Assembly (NCBI RefSeq): GCF_003918875.1
Contig: NW_025766814.1
Span: forward strand, 806,001-870,000
DNA: 64,000 bases
Source of the DNA: Haliotis rubra
Taxonomy: Eukaryota
Reading direction: 5' to 3'
Under the pieces are notes generated by a model. The model searched no databases and was not told the DNA's origin. It saw only the letters and a program-made list of their open reading frames with translations. This document shows positions 1-13,683 of the stretch, piece by piece. A program made the position numbers and the translations under genes. Position 1 is the first letter of the stretch. Each line of letters opens with the position of its first letter.

Positions 1-337
1 TCACTATGTTATGTACTGTAGTTGAACATCATGGGATCTTGAACATGGATCTTTCTTTTGCTAAGCCAGTGATTGACATAATGAGCATCAAATGGGAGTG
101 ATGACATGGCTGTGACAAGATATTGCTGTGCATCATTTGTTGAAGAAACAACAAATACTTTTACACGTGAACCGTGTGAGTGGCGGGTTGTTCTGGTAGA
201 GCAAGACATATTTACACTTTTCATGAACACCTGGTGTATACTGATTTTCAGTCATCCATTCAAGTAATTTTCACAACTATTTTCCTTTTTTCTTACAATG
301 GAATCTGTTTCAGGAGATTATCTTTTCAATAACTGGG

Positions 338-545
338 GACCCATGAATGTCATTATAGACGACTAACAGGATCGGGAGGTTAGGTGAACTGACTTGGTTG
401 ATCCATGTCATCATATGCAAATTGCTCAGATCGATGCTCATGATGTTGATCACTTGATTGTCTGGTCAAGCAGTATTTACAGACCACCACCATACAGCTG
501 GAATATTGCAGAGTGTGGCATAAAACTAAAATCACTCACTCACAC
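338..545 (+). mobile_element. SINE-A (Meta-domain SINE), diverged and internally deleted
   Basis: Body gatcgatgctcatgatgttgatcac...gctggaatattgc..ggcataaaactaaa plus (CACT)n tail matches the other copies. Confidence 0.8.
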
Positions 546-2016
546 TAAATAACCAAGTCTGGGCCAGACAAACCAGTGACTGAAAGCACGCCCAATGCCC
601 TCTTCCATTAGGGTACCAAATGACAGTTATCGTGGGGTAGCACACTGGTAAAGTGTCAAACACATCACAACAAGACCCAGGTTCAATTCCCTTCATGGAT
701 GCATCATCAGAAACCTATTTACAAATGTTGAAAATGAAATTGCAATTACATAAGTGGTTCAGGGAGCAGGTGTTTATGCAATCTTTGGCAATATTTCAGC
801 CAAATAATGGTAGGATGCACCAAACATGTGGGAATCATATCCTGGGTTTAAGCACAAAGAGACCAAACGTTCACTTCAAGGCTGGCCACCACACTGAACT
901 AACATGATGAAATATCTGGGGACGGTGGGAACTTGTATATCAGCTACGCATGCTCTTGTGGCATATTCTAACTCAAAAGAAAACCTTGATATTGAAATTA
1001 CAAAAATACACTATCATTTGAAGCCTAAAATATTTTCTCATTTGTAATAGATCAAAACCCCCACTCCATCAGTGAGTCACAAGAAGATGAGAATTCTAAT
1101 GTACCTTTCAGGAACACCATTGACACCACCTATCAGTCACCAGTATTCTCTTTTGATTCAATAACATGGTAATGAAATAAAAGGATTCGTAATAAAATAT
1201 TTTTACACTTGTTATTGACCCATTTGTTGCATGATATGATATTGGAAATCTTTATGGCTTTTCGAATTTAAATACTGATACTTCTAAAATTTTACCAAAT
1301 GTTATATTTTCAAAACTCAAATTTGGGTTTGAACTTTTAGTCTCATAATAGAACTTTGAAGTAAAAAATGCATAAATGATATCATTATTCCAGGATTTCA
1401 ATCACCAAGGAGAAATTGTAATATCCAATCAACTGCTAAAATTTACTCGCTGTTTCATCTGCGCAGCGTTTGTCTCTTGGGGAAAACGTTAGCATGACAA
1501 TAGCCTTGAGGCAAAAGGCCATCAAAGAAAAAGAAAATAACTATAGTGTTAAAATTTCACTTCATTAAGCTCCATTTTGTGACAAAGGCAAAACCATAGA
1601 ACAAACTCTAATTATATTAAACAAGCTAAGTGCTAGAATGCTTTTAAAGGTTATTATTCTTACGGCTGGGGATATGAGATGCGTTTAACCTTAGTTCTCC
1701 TTTGAGCAATAACAAACATGTCGTTGGATGCTTTCAGTGAACATTAGATTGCTTGATATTTTGTCTTGGAAACTTTGTGACTGTTAATCAACAAATTAAA
1801 GAGATTAAATGAATTGTGAATCCATAGAAAGTGTAATTCAGCATGGCAGTACTTGTTGAAAGAACACTCTCTGAACATTGTTTTTCACTCTTGCAGTGGG
1901 CAATGACATGTTGCTTTACAAGTGTAGTTAGAAACAAAAGTAATGAAATTGAGAAAAATGGTTTTTTTTGATAGAATGTCCACTGAAAGTTGTATCAGTT
2001 GCATGTTTGGATCGAT

Positions 2017-2178
2017 GAGTGAGTGAGTTGGGTTTGACACTGCTTTTAGCTATATTCCAGCAATATCACGACGGGGACAAAAGAAATGGGCTTCACACAT
2101 TGTATCCATGTGGGGAGTTGAACCCAGGTCTTGAGGTGATGAGCAACACTTTAACCACTAGGCTAGCCCACCAGCCCC
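2017..2178 (-). mobile_element. SINE-B (tRNA-Asp-like head), CACT-tail type
   Basis: Reverse complement gives ggctagcctagtggttaaagtg...ctgggttcaactccccacatgg, the shared body and a (CACT)n tail. Confidence 0.9.
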
Positions 2179-2454
2179 TGATTTGTGAGACGCCACAACG
2201 GACTCAAACCATCCACTCTCCGGGCCGATGCTATATCAATAACACCAATGAAGCGATTCATGGAAATGTAATAATATGCACAGTTGGTCGCTTATCTAAC
2301 ATTCCGTCTCCAATGGGGGATCAAACCAGGGCCCCGCTGCCCCTTTTTAGATCCGTATATGACTAAAGTAGAAATGGGTTGGAATATTGCTACTTATGTC
2401 CATGTAAACTCGGTCAAGAACTGTCTTCAAACCTTGTACATGTATGAACCAGAA

Positions 2455-2706
2455 ACCTGGGAAGATCCGGGTTAGAATTGGTCTTCACCAACCTGTGCTT
2501 GTCGCAAAAGAGGTGACTAACAGAATCAGGTGGCCAGGCTCGCCATCTTGGAAGACACATGTCATCATATCCCAATTGCTAAGAATGATGCTCATGCTGT
2601 TGATCACTGGATTGTCTGGTCCAAACTTAAATATTTACAGACCACCATCATATAGGTAGAATATTGCTGAGTGTGGTGTTAAACAAGAAATGAACAAACA
2701 AACTAG
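2455..2706 (+). mobile_element. SINE-A with (CAAA)n-type tail
   Basis: Starts acctgggaagatccgggttagaattggtcttca; Meta hairpin gcttgtcgc..gaggtgactaa; imperfect TSD gaa(c/t)cagaaac. Confidence 0.9.
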
Positions 2707-2752
2707 GAATCAGAAACTGACCTTCCAACAAACCACTATGGTATCAAACAAG

Positions 2753-2921
2753 GACTGACTGACTGAGTCTGGTTTTACGCCGCTTTTAGCAATATTCCAG
2801 CAACATCATGGTGGGGGACACCAGAGATGGGTTTCACACACTGTACCCATGTGGGGATTCGAACCTGGGTCTTCGGCGTGACGAGCCAACGCTTTAACCA
2901 CTAGGCCACCCTACTGCCCCT
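2753..2921 (-). mobile_element. SINE-B, CAGT-tail subfamily
   Basis: tRNA-like A box (ggcctagtgg) and B box (ggttcgaatcc) on the minus strand; (CAGT)n tail; imperfect TSD caaaca(ta)agga. Confidence 0.93.
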
Positions 2922-2944
2922 CCAAACATAAGGAGAAACTGTAA

Positions 2945-3087
2945 GTGAGTGAGTGAGTATGGTTTTACACAGTTTATAGCAATAGTCCAGTAAAATCATC
3001 AGCATACATTGCACCCATGTGGGGAATTGAACCTGTGTCTTCAGGGTGAAAAGATAATGCTTTAACCACTTGGCTAGCCCACCACCC
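2945..3087 (-). mobile_element. SINE-B, diverged and internally deleted
   Basis: (GAGT)n tail and acccatgtggggaattgaacc...tttaaccacttggctagccc. Confidence 0.85.
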
Positions 3088-4361
3088 ATATAAATTGTGA
3101 ATATTTGTTTGCTGTTTAATGCCAAATTTTTGCTATGAAACATTCTGCATGATTCAGTCTGTGAATCCAGTGATCCAGTGATCATTAGAATCAGTTATAT
3201 ATGTTCTTGAGAAACTGTTCATACCAAGAATATGGAAAAATGAATGAGAATCTCACAAATAAAATTCATAAAATTCATAATTGGGAAACCAAAAATTGAA
3301 TATGGTTATACCCAGGGAATCAAACCTGGCATGACAAATGAACACTTTATCCACTAGGCTACCCTGAGACCCCCAAAACATTAATAACATTTCTTAAGGT
3401 TACAAGAGAAGTGTTTCCTGTGCATACCAATACATGGCAACAACTTACGATCATGAACAACTCTACTGGGACCTCATTATATTTAACTCAGAGACACCAA
3501 ACACACCTCAGAGATATTGTGACGTTCAAGAGCATCAACCTCCGGAGCACAGCAGGAAGCCATTAATGACGTCCAACCCTTCCCCTGGCATATACACAAT
3601 CATAAACATCAATTCCGATTTTCTCTGGCCAGTAAACATTTGCTTCATTATTATTTTATTTCAACTGAAAGGTTTTAATCAAATCAATGCACTGTCCAAT
3701 TTTTCAAAATAGGGAAAAATCCATTAAGTTTAATCTACAATATGAAATCATCAATATCTTTACACCGAAGATGGATACACTTTGTAAAATTTAAGGAACT
3801 CTAAACTGATTGCAGTACTATTCCATGTCAATGACGGTGAAGGAAACCCATCAAATATGTCCTCCCAAACTCTAAACTCTATCAGGATTTCAATGGTACC
3901 GATCTAGAATTGATTTTCACACATTTTGTGGTGGCACTTCTTTAGAATTTATAGAGAGACGGATAGCACTAGCCTTAATGCATGCAAATTAAACCTTGGT
4001 AAAAATTTATTTGATCCATTTTAATTCACAAGAAAGTTCTTTTTCTCAAAAATGGAATTAGCCAACAAAGACATGTGATGGGGAAAGATACTGTTAGTTT
4101 GTCCTTATAAAGCTTATTTCAAACATTTGAAATTTGCAAGAGATTGGTGTTGATTCCGAGCCATTTCTTGGAGGAAATCCTGTCAGGAGTTTTATCGGCA
4201 AGCTCTTGATGAAACTGTTCTTGCTGTTAATAGAAAGATTTAGGAATATTCTCAGAAAATGCAGACGTCCATTATGTATTTTTCACTCTTTCTGATGTTA
4301 CTATTCAAACTGTTTCCTTTAGTAATGGGGAACATTCCCTTGTCTGATGATTGTGTGTGAA

Positions 4362-4556
4362 NNNNNNNNNNNNNNNNNNNNNNNNNNNNNNNNNNNNNNN
4401 NNNNNNNNNNNNNNNNNNNNNNNNNNNNNNNNNNNNNNNNNNNNNNNNNNNNNNNNNNNNNNNNNNNNNNNNNNNNNNNNNNNNNNNNNNNNNNNNNNNN
4501 NNNNNNNNNNNNNNNNNNNNNNNNNNNNNNNNNNNNNNNNNNNNNNNNNNNNNNNN
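4362..4556. other. Assembly gap (195 N)
   Basis: Run of N. Confidence 0.99.
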
Positions 4557-4690
4557 GATTACACTTTCTTAGTAAAGTACAGATTCTAGTACTTTTTGGG
4601 TTGAGTCCCATCTGGGATTCAAACCCGCACCCTCAGAGTCAGGCACCTAATAGCCAGCACACAAAGTCAGATGCCTAGACCGCTCAGTGT
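4557..4690 (-). mobile_element. 5' part of another tRNA-derived SINE (Leu/Ser-like head), cut by the gap
   Basis: Minus strand ctgagcggtctaggc (A-box-like) ... gcgggtttgaatccc (B-box-like) with a long spacer between them. Confidence 0.6.
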
Positions 4691-5257
4691 GACTGATCAC
4701 AACGAGAAGATGTACGAAGATTGGTGCTCCAGCTTATGTACTGTACCCATGATTTTGATACTGATTTTAAGGGTCAAATTAGGACCTGATCTTTTCTCTG
4801 AGATCGGCTAATCTACAGCCATATAAGGTATATGAAATGATGTGTTTCAAATATACCAACACAGCTACATTCAAGTAAAGCCACCGACACATCAGCCAAT
4901 GAAGTCGACACAAGTTGTAGGCACTGTGTTGTAACTGTGTTGTAACAGCAGCACATCCGCATATCACACAGCACATAACCATCCACAATGGTAATCAATA
5001 CTGCGCTGGAAGTCGTCATTTGTAGCCTTGTGTTGCCAACAATGCTGTTACATTGATGACATCATTCATTACAACACACCTGATGCCGCTAAGGGAGGAG
5101 AGTATAACATGGCTTACGATTAGAGTATCCACAAGGTTTAATAAATGATTGACCTGTCTTTGCATGTGTTTGTGATATAGCACCAGTATGGAAGGATGCG
5201 TCTTTCCATGAACACTAATGTCATGGCTATTTGGCAGTGATTCATCATCACATGTTT

Positions 5258-6829
5258 ATACAGTCATAGTCATACAATACAGTCATAGTCATACAATAGA
5301 TTCAGAGTCATACAATACATTCAGAGTCATACAATAGATTCATAGTCATACAATACAGTCATAGTCATACAATACAGTCATAGTCATACAATACTATCAT
5401 TGTCATACAATACAGTCATAGTCATACAATACAGTCATTGTCATACAATACAGTCATAGTCATACAGTCAGTCATACAATACAGTCATTGTCATACAATA
5501 CAGTCATAGTCATACAATACAGTCATAGTCATACAATACAGTCAGTCATACAATACAGTCAGTCATACAATACCATCATAGTCATACAATACAGTCATAG
5601 TCATACAATACAGTCATAGTCATACAATACAGTCATAGTCATACAATACAGTCATACAATACAGTCATAGTCATACAATACAGTCATAGTCATACAATAC
5701 AGTCATAGTCATACAATACAGTCATAGTCATACAATAGTCAGTCATACAATACAGTCATAGTCATACAATACAGTCATAGTCATACAATACATCACAGTC
5801 ATCATAGTCATACAATACAGTCATAGTCATACAATACAGTCATAGTCATACAATACAGTCATAGTCATACAATACAGTCAGTCATTGTCATACAATACAG
5901 TCATAGTCATACAATACAGTCATAGTCATACAATACAGTCATAGTCATACAATACAGTCATAGTCATACAATACATTCATAGTCATACAATACAGTCATA
6001 GTCATACAATACAGTCATAGTCATACAATACATTCATAGTCATACAATACAGTCATAGTCATACAATACAGTCATAGTCATACAATACATTCATAGTCAT
6101 ACAATACATTCAGTCATACAATACAGTCATAGTCATACAATACAGTCAGTCATACAATACAGTCAGTCATACAATACAGTCATAGTCATACAATACAGTC
6201 ATTGTCATACAATACAGTCATAGTCATACAATACAGTCATAGTCATACAATACAGTCATTGTCATACAATACAGTCATAGTCATACAATACAGTCATACA
6301 ATAGTCATAGTTGTACATAGTCATAGTCATACAATACAGTCATAGTCATACAATACAGTCATAGTCATACAATACAGTCATTGTCATACAATACATACAT
6401 ACAATACAGTCATAGTCATACAATACAGTCATAGTCATACAATACAGTCATAGTCATACAATACATTCATAGTCATACAATACAGTCATACAATAGATTC
6501 ATAGTCATACAATTCATAGTCATACAATACAGTCATAGTCATACAATACAGTCATTGTCATACAATACATTCATAGTCATACAATACAGTCATAGTCATA
6601 CAATACATTCAGTCATACAATACATTCAGTCATACAATACATTCAGAGTCATACAATAGATTCAGTCAGTCATACAATACAGTCATAGTCATACAATACA
6701 GTCAGAGTCATACAATACAGTCATAGTCATACAATACAGTCATATGTCATACAATACAGTCAGAGTCATACAATACAGTCAGAGTCATACAATACAGTCA
6801 TATGTCATACAATACAGTCATAGTCATAC
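5258..6829. repeat. 19-bp minisatellite (AGTCATAGTCATACAATAC), ~80 copies
   Basis: Direct tandem periodicity, with shortened and substituted variants. Confidence 0.98.
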
Positions 6830-8076
6830 CATGGACTCTATAGCTACTTTCAGTGGGGAATTGTTATGACTTTGGATAATATTTGATGCTCATATTTCAT
6901 GAAGTACATAGGTTCTCTATTATATACATTTATATTCTAGGCATCTGATATTTTACACTGTGTCAGTGAAAGGATAGAAAGTAGAATACCATATACCTTT
7001 CAACTGTCAGTATACCTGTGGCACAGAATCAACCTGTCTCTTCTTTAAGCAAGACATATGAGATATGTCAACACTCACTCCTTGAAGAACACACCTGTAA
7101 CTCTAGCCATGTCTGGTCATTCTTTGTTATCTATCTATTTCCACATGTCTACCATCACACTCTTCGAAAGTTTCCTAGGGCTTTCAAATTATTACCCTGA
7201 TCAAACAATTGTTGAGCAAGAGTTGCATGACGCGCTTTGAAATTCTCGTAGAAAAAGCATGCCTGATTGTACCTCAAGAGTTCTGAAACGAAGACACCAT
7301 TTCTGAGGTGCTGTAATATTGCTCACAGCAAAGGCACGACACAATCCAAGTTGTTCTACCCTGAAACTTAAATCAACAACCAACAACCAAGAGTTCCTGG
7401 AGCAAGTCTCGATCCTTCTGGTTCCTTTGAATGATTCTCAGGCAAATTCAAGCACAGACAACAGCGGTTGAACTCATCCTAATTTGGAAGCATCCTCGAA
7501 TTAGACTAACATGCCCCTGCCAACTCCCCTGAATTGCTGTCTTTGATGATAATTGCAAAACAGCTTCTGAATGAAGAACATTTAATGTGATGTGCATTGC
7601 TCCTTCAGTAAATGAAATAATAATTGGAAGGGAAATTATTCACATTTTCAGAGCCCTAACATCCACATGATTAGGTCAAGATGAAGGTTGGGATTACCCA
7701 AAGTTGTTTCTTGATCAGCTCAAGAGATATAGGTCTTAGGCCAATCACAAGCTGAGTAGAAAATTGGTATGGACAAATTATTATCACCACCTTTGCTAAG
7801 CTCATGGTTAAAAAAGCAATGAGATGTGGTTCACAAGGAAATGGTTTTAAAGTTTAAAGTGAGTGAATATTGTGTTTTGAAAATTGCCAGCAATATAACT
7901 GCTACATAATGATGGTTTCAAAATTGTATTTGGAATGGACAGTGGTCAATAGTATGAGTAAGACCAAGGAGCCAAGCCTCTCTGAAATATTGTAAAAGTT
8001 TTGAAAAGGACATACACTCGCTAATTCACTCACTGTTGACACTCACAGACATACTGTACAAGCATTAATAACATGT

Positions 8077-8350
8077 AAACATTTTACAAGCCTTCAAAAT
8101 AGCATGCACTCACAAACACACTGTTTACTGAAACATTTTACAAGCCTTCAAAATAGCATGCACTTACAAACCAACTGTTTACCTGAAACATTTTACAAAC
8201 CTTTAAAACAGCATGCACTCACAAACTCACTGTTGACTGAAACATCATACAAGCCTTTAAAGGCACTTACTCACAGAATCACTGAACATGTCTTAAAAGA
8301 ATAACAAAAACATTGTACAAGCCCTGGAAAAGACATGCACCCACTGTTGA
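8077..8350. repeat. ~54-bp minisatellite, ~4 clear copies plus degenerate flanks
   Basis: The unit start aaacattttacaa (aaacatcatacaa in the 4th copy) recurs at 8077, 8131, 8186 and 8240. Confidence 0.85.
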
Positions 8351-8993
8351 CTGTAACTTTAATTATTAAGGCTTTAAAAGACAGGCGGAAACTTTTTGGG
8401 ATAAGCGTAATGAATCCTCCCATGACATCATGTCCAAGAGCATGATGGGAATGTTTATTCACTGCAGCAGCATCCCATGCAGTTGCACAGTGCAACATGA
8501 ACGACGATTCTACAACCTGTCCCTTTGTAATTAACATACGCTCAAATTACACACACAGCTTTTATAGTCCGCTTTCATGAACTCTTTCAAAAACCAAAAA
8601 CTCCTATCCTTCAAGGTAACATTACCCAGAGAAAACTGAAATCAATTCATACAATACCTCTTTCCTCACATATTTGACCCATATAAACATTCAGTCAGAA
8701 AAATGTGAATTCATTCTTAAACAAAAATTCAATTCAATTCTAGTTCAATTTCAGATTTGATTCCCTTTTTTGCTGCAACGGCTCTGGATTTATGGGTAAA
8801 ATTTTTTGTGTGTGTGAAGATATCATCTTAATGATGTCCCTTGACACTGTCAATCTAATACAAGAATGTTATAATGTGAAAGACCCCCAAAATAACTATT
8901 CTCAATGTGCAACCACACTTCAGGGACTGAACAGCAGTAAGATGGCCGATACAAAATTTGTCCATTTTCTCAACCTTCCATTCACACAAAGAT

Positions 8994-9290
8994 CCTAAAT
9001 TTATGATCATATTACTTCGGCTTATGTTCACATGACAGAATCCGGTTTATGTTCACATGACAGAATCATGATATGAATAGACTGGCCTGCCAAACCAAAT
9101 TTCAGACATTCAAAATACTGAAGAATTTGTGCTGATAAAATGAGTCAATATTCTCACACATCCAGTCATAAAAACTTCCTAAATTTATGATTATATTACT
9201 TCAGTTTATGTCCACATGACAGAGTCATGAGAATGAATAGACAAATATGCCAACCCAAATTTGAGACTGTCAGGAATATTGAGAAATTTA
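8994..9290. repeat. Diverged ~185-bp tandem duplication with a nested ~25-bp duplication
   Basis: cctaaatttatgat(c/t)atattacttc...catgacaga...tgaatagac...ccaaattt at ~8994 and ~9178; ttatgttcacatgacagaatc occurs twice in the first copy. Confidence 0.8.
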
Positions 9291-10398
9291 GTTATGATAA
9301 ACTTGGACAGTTATTCATTTTCTAAACTATGCCTGTGGAACTTGTGGTTTACTACTAGGAAGGGTCATAAAAAAACACCAAGCAATCAGGAGTTTGCAAA
9401 CTATTCGAGTCAATCACAAATTTTTACATTAATTTACTAAATGAATTTTTAAATAATCATAAACCAACAAATTAAATTTAGTAAATTATACTTCACAGAT
9501 AAGTAAACTAACTTTAAGTTTCTAGTGACAGCTTCTAAAAATTTACAACAAAATTGAAAAACATCTCAGAGTAGCAATTGTTGATCTCCTGTACAAGAAA
9601 GAAATTGAGTACTGTCAATTTTGAAGGCGTCAGTGGGATTCCCCTGTCCATGCATTTGACAGTGAGTGTCATTAGCCAGGCTTAATATCTCCCAATACCC
9701 TAAGAAGTCCCCCAAGTGATGAAACCGGCATCTTGGACCAGGAATCGATACCAAAACGCATGTCCTTTCAGACTTCAGGTCCAACCTAAGCTTGAAATTA
9801 ATACCTTTTAAAGACTTGGGTGGGAGGTATGTGTCACTCAAGGTGGACTGATCACAGTTTTAATTGTCATCAACATGAAACCTCTGCTTCAGCAGCCATG
9901 TGACATAAACGAAATGTGGGGTCCATGCACTTCATCGCTTCTTATATGTCTGGCAGCCATTGAGGTCCAAATCCTCTTTCGGATCACCACTACCAATATT
10001 CCAAGACTTCCAGGAAGCATCTGCTTCCATTATTGCTTATACTCCACTGAGCATGATTCTCTCTCAGCATGGTTTAGTGTCCGTGTTTTTAGGGTTATGG
10101 CTTCTAGTTTGGCCTACAAGACTTGCAATAAGTTATTTCCAAATATTTTTAAAAGGATGTTTTCATCTAAGTAGTTTCCAGGAATTAAAGACACACACCT
10201 GTATTTCTGGCGCCTGTGTTTTTTGAAACAAACAAGGAATGGTATTGAAAATTTATTATTCATTATGTTTTAGAGCCTGCTACAATTTAAATCCTATCCT
10301 TTTCAACTAAGAAGCATAAATATATTTCTTTCTTTCTTTCATATCAACCAGTGACATGTTGTCTCTACATTCAACTTATCTACATGACTATTTACTAG

Positions 10399-10690
10399 TG
10401 GCTAGCCTAATTGTTACAGTGTTAACTCATCACGCCAATGACCTGAGTTTAGTTCCCATGGTAATTAATATTTGTAGCCCATTGGCATTGGGATATATGC
10501 CTGTGTTCAACAAGCAATTAATGGAATGGTAACCTGACTATTAACCTCCTCACAGGTCGTATTCTCCCCAGGGAGTTGAGAACACAAATTGAGTGCAAAC
10601 TAATACAGAGACCAATGTTGTTGTCAAATCTCTCATGATCTGAGCACATTTATGCGGTTATGAATTTCAAAGCGTGCTATCTGAATTTCT
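10399..10690 (+). mobile_element. Degenerate tRNA-headed Nin/Deu-domain SINE
   Basis: Decayed tRNA-like head (tggctagcctaattgtta...catcacgcc) and core ggtcgtattctccccagggagttgagaa, which is shared with the relic at ~13960 and resembles the Nin/Deu domain. Confidence 0.6.
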
Positions 10691-10785
10691 TACATACAAA
10701 ATAATTAAAACAGTTCAGAAACATGTTCCTTATGGAATGTCCAATTTTCTATAACAAACCTTCATCAATCAATACTTGTACCAGG

Positions 10786-10900
10786 TGCACATATACTACT
10801 CAAAAAGGTTAAGGATCAGCATAGTTTGAGATGTGATGACAGATTAACTAGTAATCTGAAAGAATCAAATGATCCTTAACGTTTTAGCACAATATGTGCA
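10786..10900. mobile_element. Short Tc1/mariner-like MITE (inverted repeat)
   Basis: tgcacatatactactcaaaaaggttaaggatca versus tgatccttaacgttttagcacaatatgtgca: an imperfect ~30-bp inverted repeat with TA-flanked Tc1-like termini. Confidence 0.6.
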
Positions 10901-12312
10901 ACGCTTCCACATAACCAAAACAAAAACATTGCAACCGACCAATTGGCCTTAATCAGAACTAGTTGTACAATTACTGATAACATGCAAAGTAATAATTCCC
11001 ATAATGCATACACGCATTTACCTGCTGCACATGCATGTAATGCACATCGACATGATCAAAGAGTTAGAATTTGAGTGGACGGTGCAATATATCAACTTTC
11101 ACCCAAAGCGCAGGTTTGCTAATTTAACATTGGTTCTTCTTTGGTATGTGCATTCCCAGTAGAATACCTACCTCAAAAGACTTATCTAATCGTTCGCAAA
11201 CTTGCTGAACTCTTTATTATGTATTTGAGCTTAAATCACACCACTTTTTCCCCAAGGTATGAATCTTTTTTAGATAATTTCAAAACACACAAATGAATCT
11301 TTTCAAAATATGTCCAAGGAGGTGTAACGATATTTGAAAGTGACAAGTGACGTGTCACTGGTGTACAATGTCTGTCACTTCGTAGCCCCTACGTAAGACA
11401 TTCTCACGCAGTGCATAAATAATGCACACAATCCTTTAGCCAGAGACACTGTGGGAAGTAAATTCTATTACCATTTTCAGTTAGTTTGTCGCGCATAGTG
11501 CATCATGGGGGCGTCCTCCCTTCAGCAGCGCCCGCCCTCTAGGAGAAATCAATATGTCGATGTGTTGTTAGGTCGTAGCATGTAACATCGCTCTTGCTAC
11601 AGTAACACTACAGACTCCTACAGATAATACAAGACTGAAACCCATCTCTAACCTGATGGAATAAGCGACTGTTGTCGTTTTCATTTGGTAATAATACCTC
11701 GAGTGATGTAAGCCATAAAAGTAATGTTCACGACATCTCAGACACTATGAGCATCAAAGAGTTTCTATTCCCAAAGCTAAATTGTTCCTTCACTATTTTC
11801 TTCAAGGGGATATGTTCTCATGGAACAGTTTTTTCCAGGAACATTGTTCCAGGGCACATTTACATGGGAACGTTTGTTCCAGATGGGACTAATCGCGACG
11901 AACTGAACATCATCGACATAAACACACACTTCATTCATACATGTATACAAAATGAAGGCTTGAAAAGGATGCCCCATACATTGAAAGTAGTGTCATATAA
12001 CCTCAAGTGATTGAGAGAGTTCAAAGTAATGTTCATTCACATTGTTTCAGCCAGACAGTTACAACGTGAATAAGTTGACACATGCACACACATACTTTCT
12101 TCAACATTTGAAGTTTGTTCATTCCCACTTAATCACTGACAACAAATTAACTTGGGCACTTGTTAAGGTGTATACTGTACACTTTTATATTTCAACATAA
12201 ATTATTCTATTCCCCTTAAAAGTTAAAAAATATCTTCACAAACACATTCATGATATGCTGTAATGTCAAATAATGATGATGACAAAGAGAATATAATAAT
12301 CATGTTATATAA

Positions 12313-12530
12313 TGAGTGAGTGAGTGAGTGAGTGAGTGATTATTTAACAGCAATATTTCAGCCATAAAGTGACAAGAACAATTTATGCATTAAAATGAAT
12401 AAATGTAGAACATAAAAACATGTCATCAATGGTCATCCCACTCTTATCATCTACAACTAAAAATGGAAATGTTAAAAAAAAAGTACTAAACAGTATAAAA
12501 CTGTTTTATATTGCAAGCCATTTGAATGAA
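12313..12530 (-). mobile_element. Diverged LINE-like 3' end with (CACT)n tail
   Basis: (GAGT)n followed by cagcaatatttcagccata..gtgac, similar to 14635-15070. Confidence 0.5.
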
Positions 12531-13359
12531 GTGCTTCATCTCCAAATCACCAATACTATGATAATGGGGTCAAAGTGATCCTGGAGATAAAGTCAAGCTA
12601 TTTTACTCGATCTTCACAAGTGTTTCACAAAGAAACAGGCTTGGAACTATACTCATCTAAATGCCATATTAGCTCATCATGACAACAGCAGATGATTCTC
12701 AGAATACCGTAAATGTAGGCAATATTCAAAATGAAATGAAATAAAAATATCACATTTCACAGATTTGTTCATTTTCTTATACCTTGAATAATATCAGTTA
12801 TCAGCTTCGTGAGGACATCTTTTAATATGATTTGTTTTCATTCCAACTGAATTTTACTGGAATGCTCAAATGATAAATTTCAATTAAATACATAACGAAT
12901 CAGAAATGGTGATGCCAAATATCACTCAATAAACAAGATCATGTGATATACAATATTTCTTATAAAACAAAAATTAGATTAATATCAATTTTATTAAAGG
13001 TCATCGATTATGTATGTGATAATTGAGTTTATGATGGTGCTGTCGCGAGTTGTTGTAGGCGTATTTTGTTGCTTTTACTTTAAAGGTTGTATTTTCCCTT
13101 GGGTAATTTCAACAGACAAAAACCCAGCGGACATGTGTATAAAGTGACTGAGTTCAAGTCACATATCGGTTGTCTTTTAAGCGGTCATCTGTAGGTAATT
13201 TCTATTTTCCACCTTATTAGTTTTTCCTCATTTAGTTATTTGATCCTGTCTTGGTTAAAAATTGATATTTTTTCACATGGTGTGGAATTTTGCTGAGATT
13301 CAGCCAACATCTGAACCTCAGGGACATTCAATGGTTGTTTGATGGTTGTCCAGCATAAA

Positions 13360-13512
13360 GTGAGTAAGTTTAATATTATGTCACTATTCCAGAAATATCA
13401 CAGCAGGGGACACCAGAAATGGGCTTCACACATTGTACCCATGTGGGGAATCAAACCAGAGTCTTTGGCATGATGAGCAAAAGCTTCACCCACTAGGCTA
13501 CCCCACTACCCT
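13360..13512 (-). mobile_element. SINE-B, first of a tandem pair
   Basis: Shared body ggggacaccagaaatgggcttcacacattgtacccatgtgggg and a tRNA-like head. Confidence 0.9.
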
Positions 13513-13521
13513 CAAACATAA

Positions 13522-13683
13522 GTGACTGAGTTTGGTTTTACGCTGCTTTTAGCAATATTCCAGCAACATCACGGCGGGGGTCACCAGAAATGGGCTTCAC
13601 ACATTGTACCCATGTGGGGAATCAAACCAGAGTCTTTGGCGTGATTAGCAAAAGCTTCACCCACTAGGCTACCCCACTGCCCT
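13522..13683 (-). mobile_element. SINE-B, second of the tandem pair (apparently chimeric)
   Basis: Head half nearly identical to 13360-13512; tail half carries CAGT-subfamily diagnostics. Confidence 0.9.

Noticed and set aside
7640-7815. Possible Helentron/HINE-type or other MITE relics (also ~25780-25960, ~60340-60490, ~49890-50390, ~36165-36300)
   Set aside because: Only vague resemblance; termini and TSDs could not be defined.
9560-10230. GC-balanced stretch suggesting a decayed ORF (a similar one at 21100-21990)
   Set aside because: Partial manual translation gave stops and no identifiable motif.
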